Below, piece by piece: positions 19,524 through 20,243 of a stretch of 20,243 bases of DNA. The position numbers were made by a program, and so were the translations under genes. Below the pieces are notes generated by a model. It ran no database searches. It worked only from the letters and a program-made list of their open reading frames with translations, and was not told the origin of the DNA. Every line of letters starts with the position of its first letter. Position 1 is the stretch's first letter. Source of the DNA: Candidatus Woesearchaeota archaeon (lineage in GTDB: Archaea; Nanobdellota; Nanobdellia; Woesearchaeales; DSVV01); assembly GCA_016219865.1 (NCBI GenBank), contig JACRKF010000023.1, positions 1-20,243 on the forward strand. Direction: 5' to 3'.

Positions 19524-20243
19524 ATGTACGAACAACAACTTAAAGATCTTGGATTGACGAGTAATGAGGTAAGGATCTACTTATTGCTTCTCCAGCATGG
19601 GATGATGAATCCAGGCAAAATAAGCCAGAAACTTGGCTTGCATCGCGGCTATGTCTATGACGCATTAGAAAGGATGCAGGAGAAAGAAGTAGTAAATACC
19701 CTTTTGCAGAATGATAAAAAACATTATCAAGCTACTGCGCCTGAAAATATTGCAGAATTATTGTTATTGAAACTTGAAAATTTTAAAAAGATAGTTCCTT
19801 CTCTGCAGAAAATGATCACTTTTGAGAAAGAAGATACCAATGTGCAACTTCATAAAGGAAAAAGAGTCTACAGGATTTTGCTTAAGGATATTATTTCAAC
19901 TATCAAAAAGAATGAAACAGTTTACCTGATTGGCGTAGATGAAAACATACTGTTGACAGAAGTTGAACCTATCTACTTAAAGCAATATTTTACAATCATC
20001 AAGGAAAAAGGAATCAAAGAAAAAGTTATCATCAAGAAAGGCGCAGCAAAAGTTACTGAAAAGAATGTGCAGCACAAGGAGATTGACGCAAAATACATAG
20101 GCAATACTGAACAGATTATCTATGGCAATAAAGTTGCATTATTTCTGATTGGTAATCCTTATTATTTGGTTATAATTGAAAATAAGCAAGTTGCTGAAAC
20201 CTATAGGAAGCAATTTGAGTTATTATGGAGTGTTGCAAAATGA
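19524..20243 (+). CDS. trmB: TrmB-family transcriptional regulator
   Basis: 239 aa. The N-terminal winged HTH is LGLTSNEVRIYLLLLQHGMMNPGKISQKLGLHRGYVYDALERMQEKEVV. The TGA stop falls on the last three bases of the window. Confidence 0.85.
   Translation: MYEQQLKDLGLTSNEVRIYLLLLQHGMMNPGKISQKLGLHRGYVYDALERMQEKEVVNTLLQNDKKHYQATAPENIAELLLLKLENFKKIVPSLQKMITFEKEDTNVQLHKGKRVYRILLKDIISTIKKNETVYLIGVDENILLTEVEPIYLKQYFTIIKEKGIKEKVIIKKGAAKVTEKNVQHKEIDAKYIGNTEQIIYGNKVALFLIGNPYYLVIIENKQVAETYRKQFELLWSVAK

Overview
This is an AT-rich window (about one-third G+C by eye) from an archaeal chromosome. The archaeal assignment rests on three things. There is an aRF1 release factor with canonical NIKS, YxCxxxF and GGQ motifs. 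There is a tRNA-Lys(CUU) with a 15-nt intron at the canonical 37/38 position. TTTATATA-type TATA boxes sit 22-25 nt upstream of many ATGs, which implies leaderless mRNAs. Small proteins, sparse metabolism and orphan transporter parts fit a reduced, DPANN-like lineage; that placement is inference only.

Gene content, left to right:
- korA tail and korB (2-oxoacid:ferredoxin oxidoreductase)
- a same-strand cobalamin-themed cluster: a class II RNR with ATP-cone, a small membrane protein, an acidic lipoprotein, the cob(I)alamin adenosyltransferase CobO, and a second class II RNR-like gene
- an NYN/LabA-like gene that looks frameshifted
- aRF1
- a split hypothetical gene with an in-frame 24-bp tandem duplication and a GC-rich 3' patch
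- a minus-strand block: PGAP1-like alpha/beta hydrolase, a 96-aa unknown, DoxX, and a leaderless S1 serine protease
- a DUF357-like protein
- a tRNA-like structured element next to tRNA-Lys
- two hypothetical proteins and a zinc-ribbon miniprotein
- a vapBC-type AbrB/PIN toxin-antitoxin pair
- an orphan LivJ-like substrate-binding lipoprotein co-oriented with an NPPF SAM-methyltransferase
- a divergent TrmB-family regulator

Most interesting observations:
1. The second RNR keeps the thiyl-radical Cys and the catalytic Glu. It has lost both reducing cysteines, the active-site Asn and the C-terminal thiol tail, yet it is otherwise intact and is translationally coupled to cobO.
2. A sequence-conserved palindromic repeat family (GAGAATTTTGCA...TGCAAAATTCTC) sits immediately after stop codons at five loci.
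3. Two long hairpins on opposite strands share the apical motif TGAGCRAAGCGAAT.

No CRISPR array, transposase, integrase or rRNA was seen.
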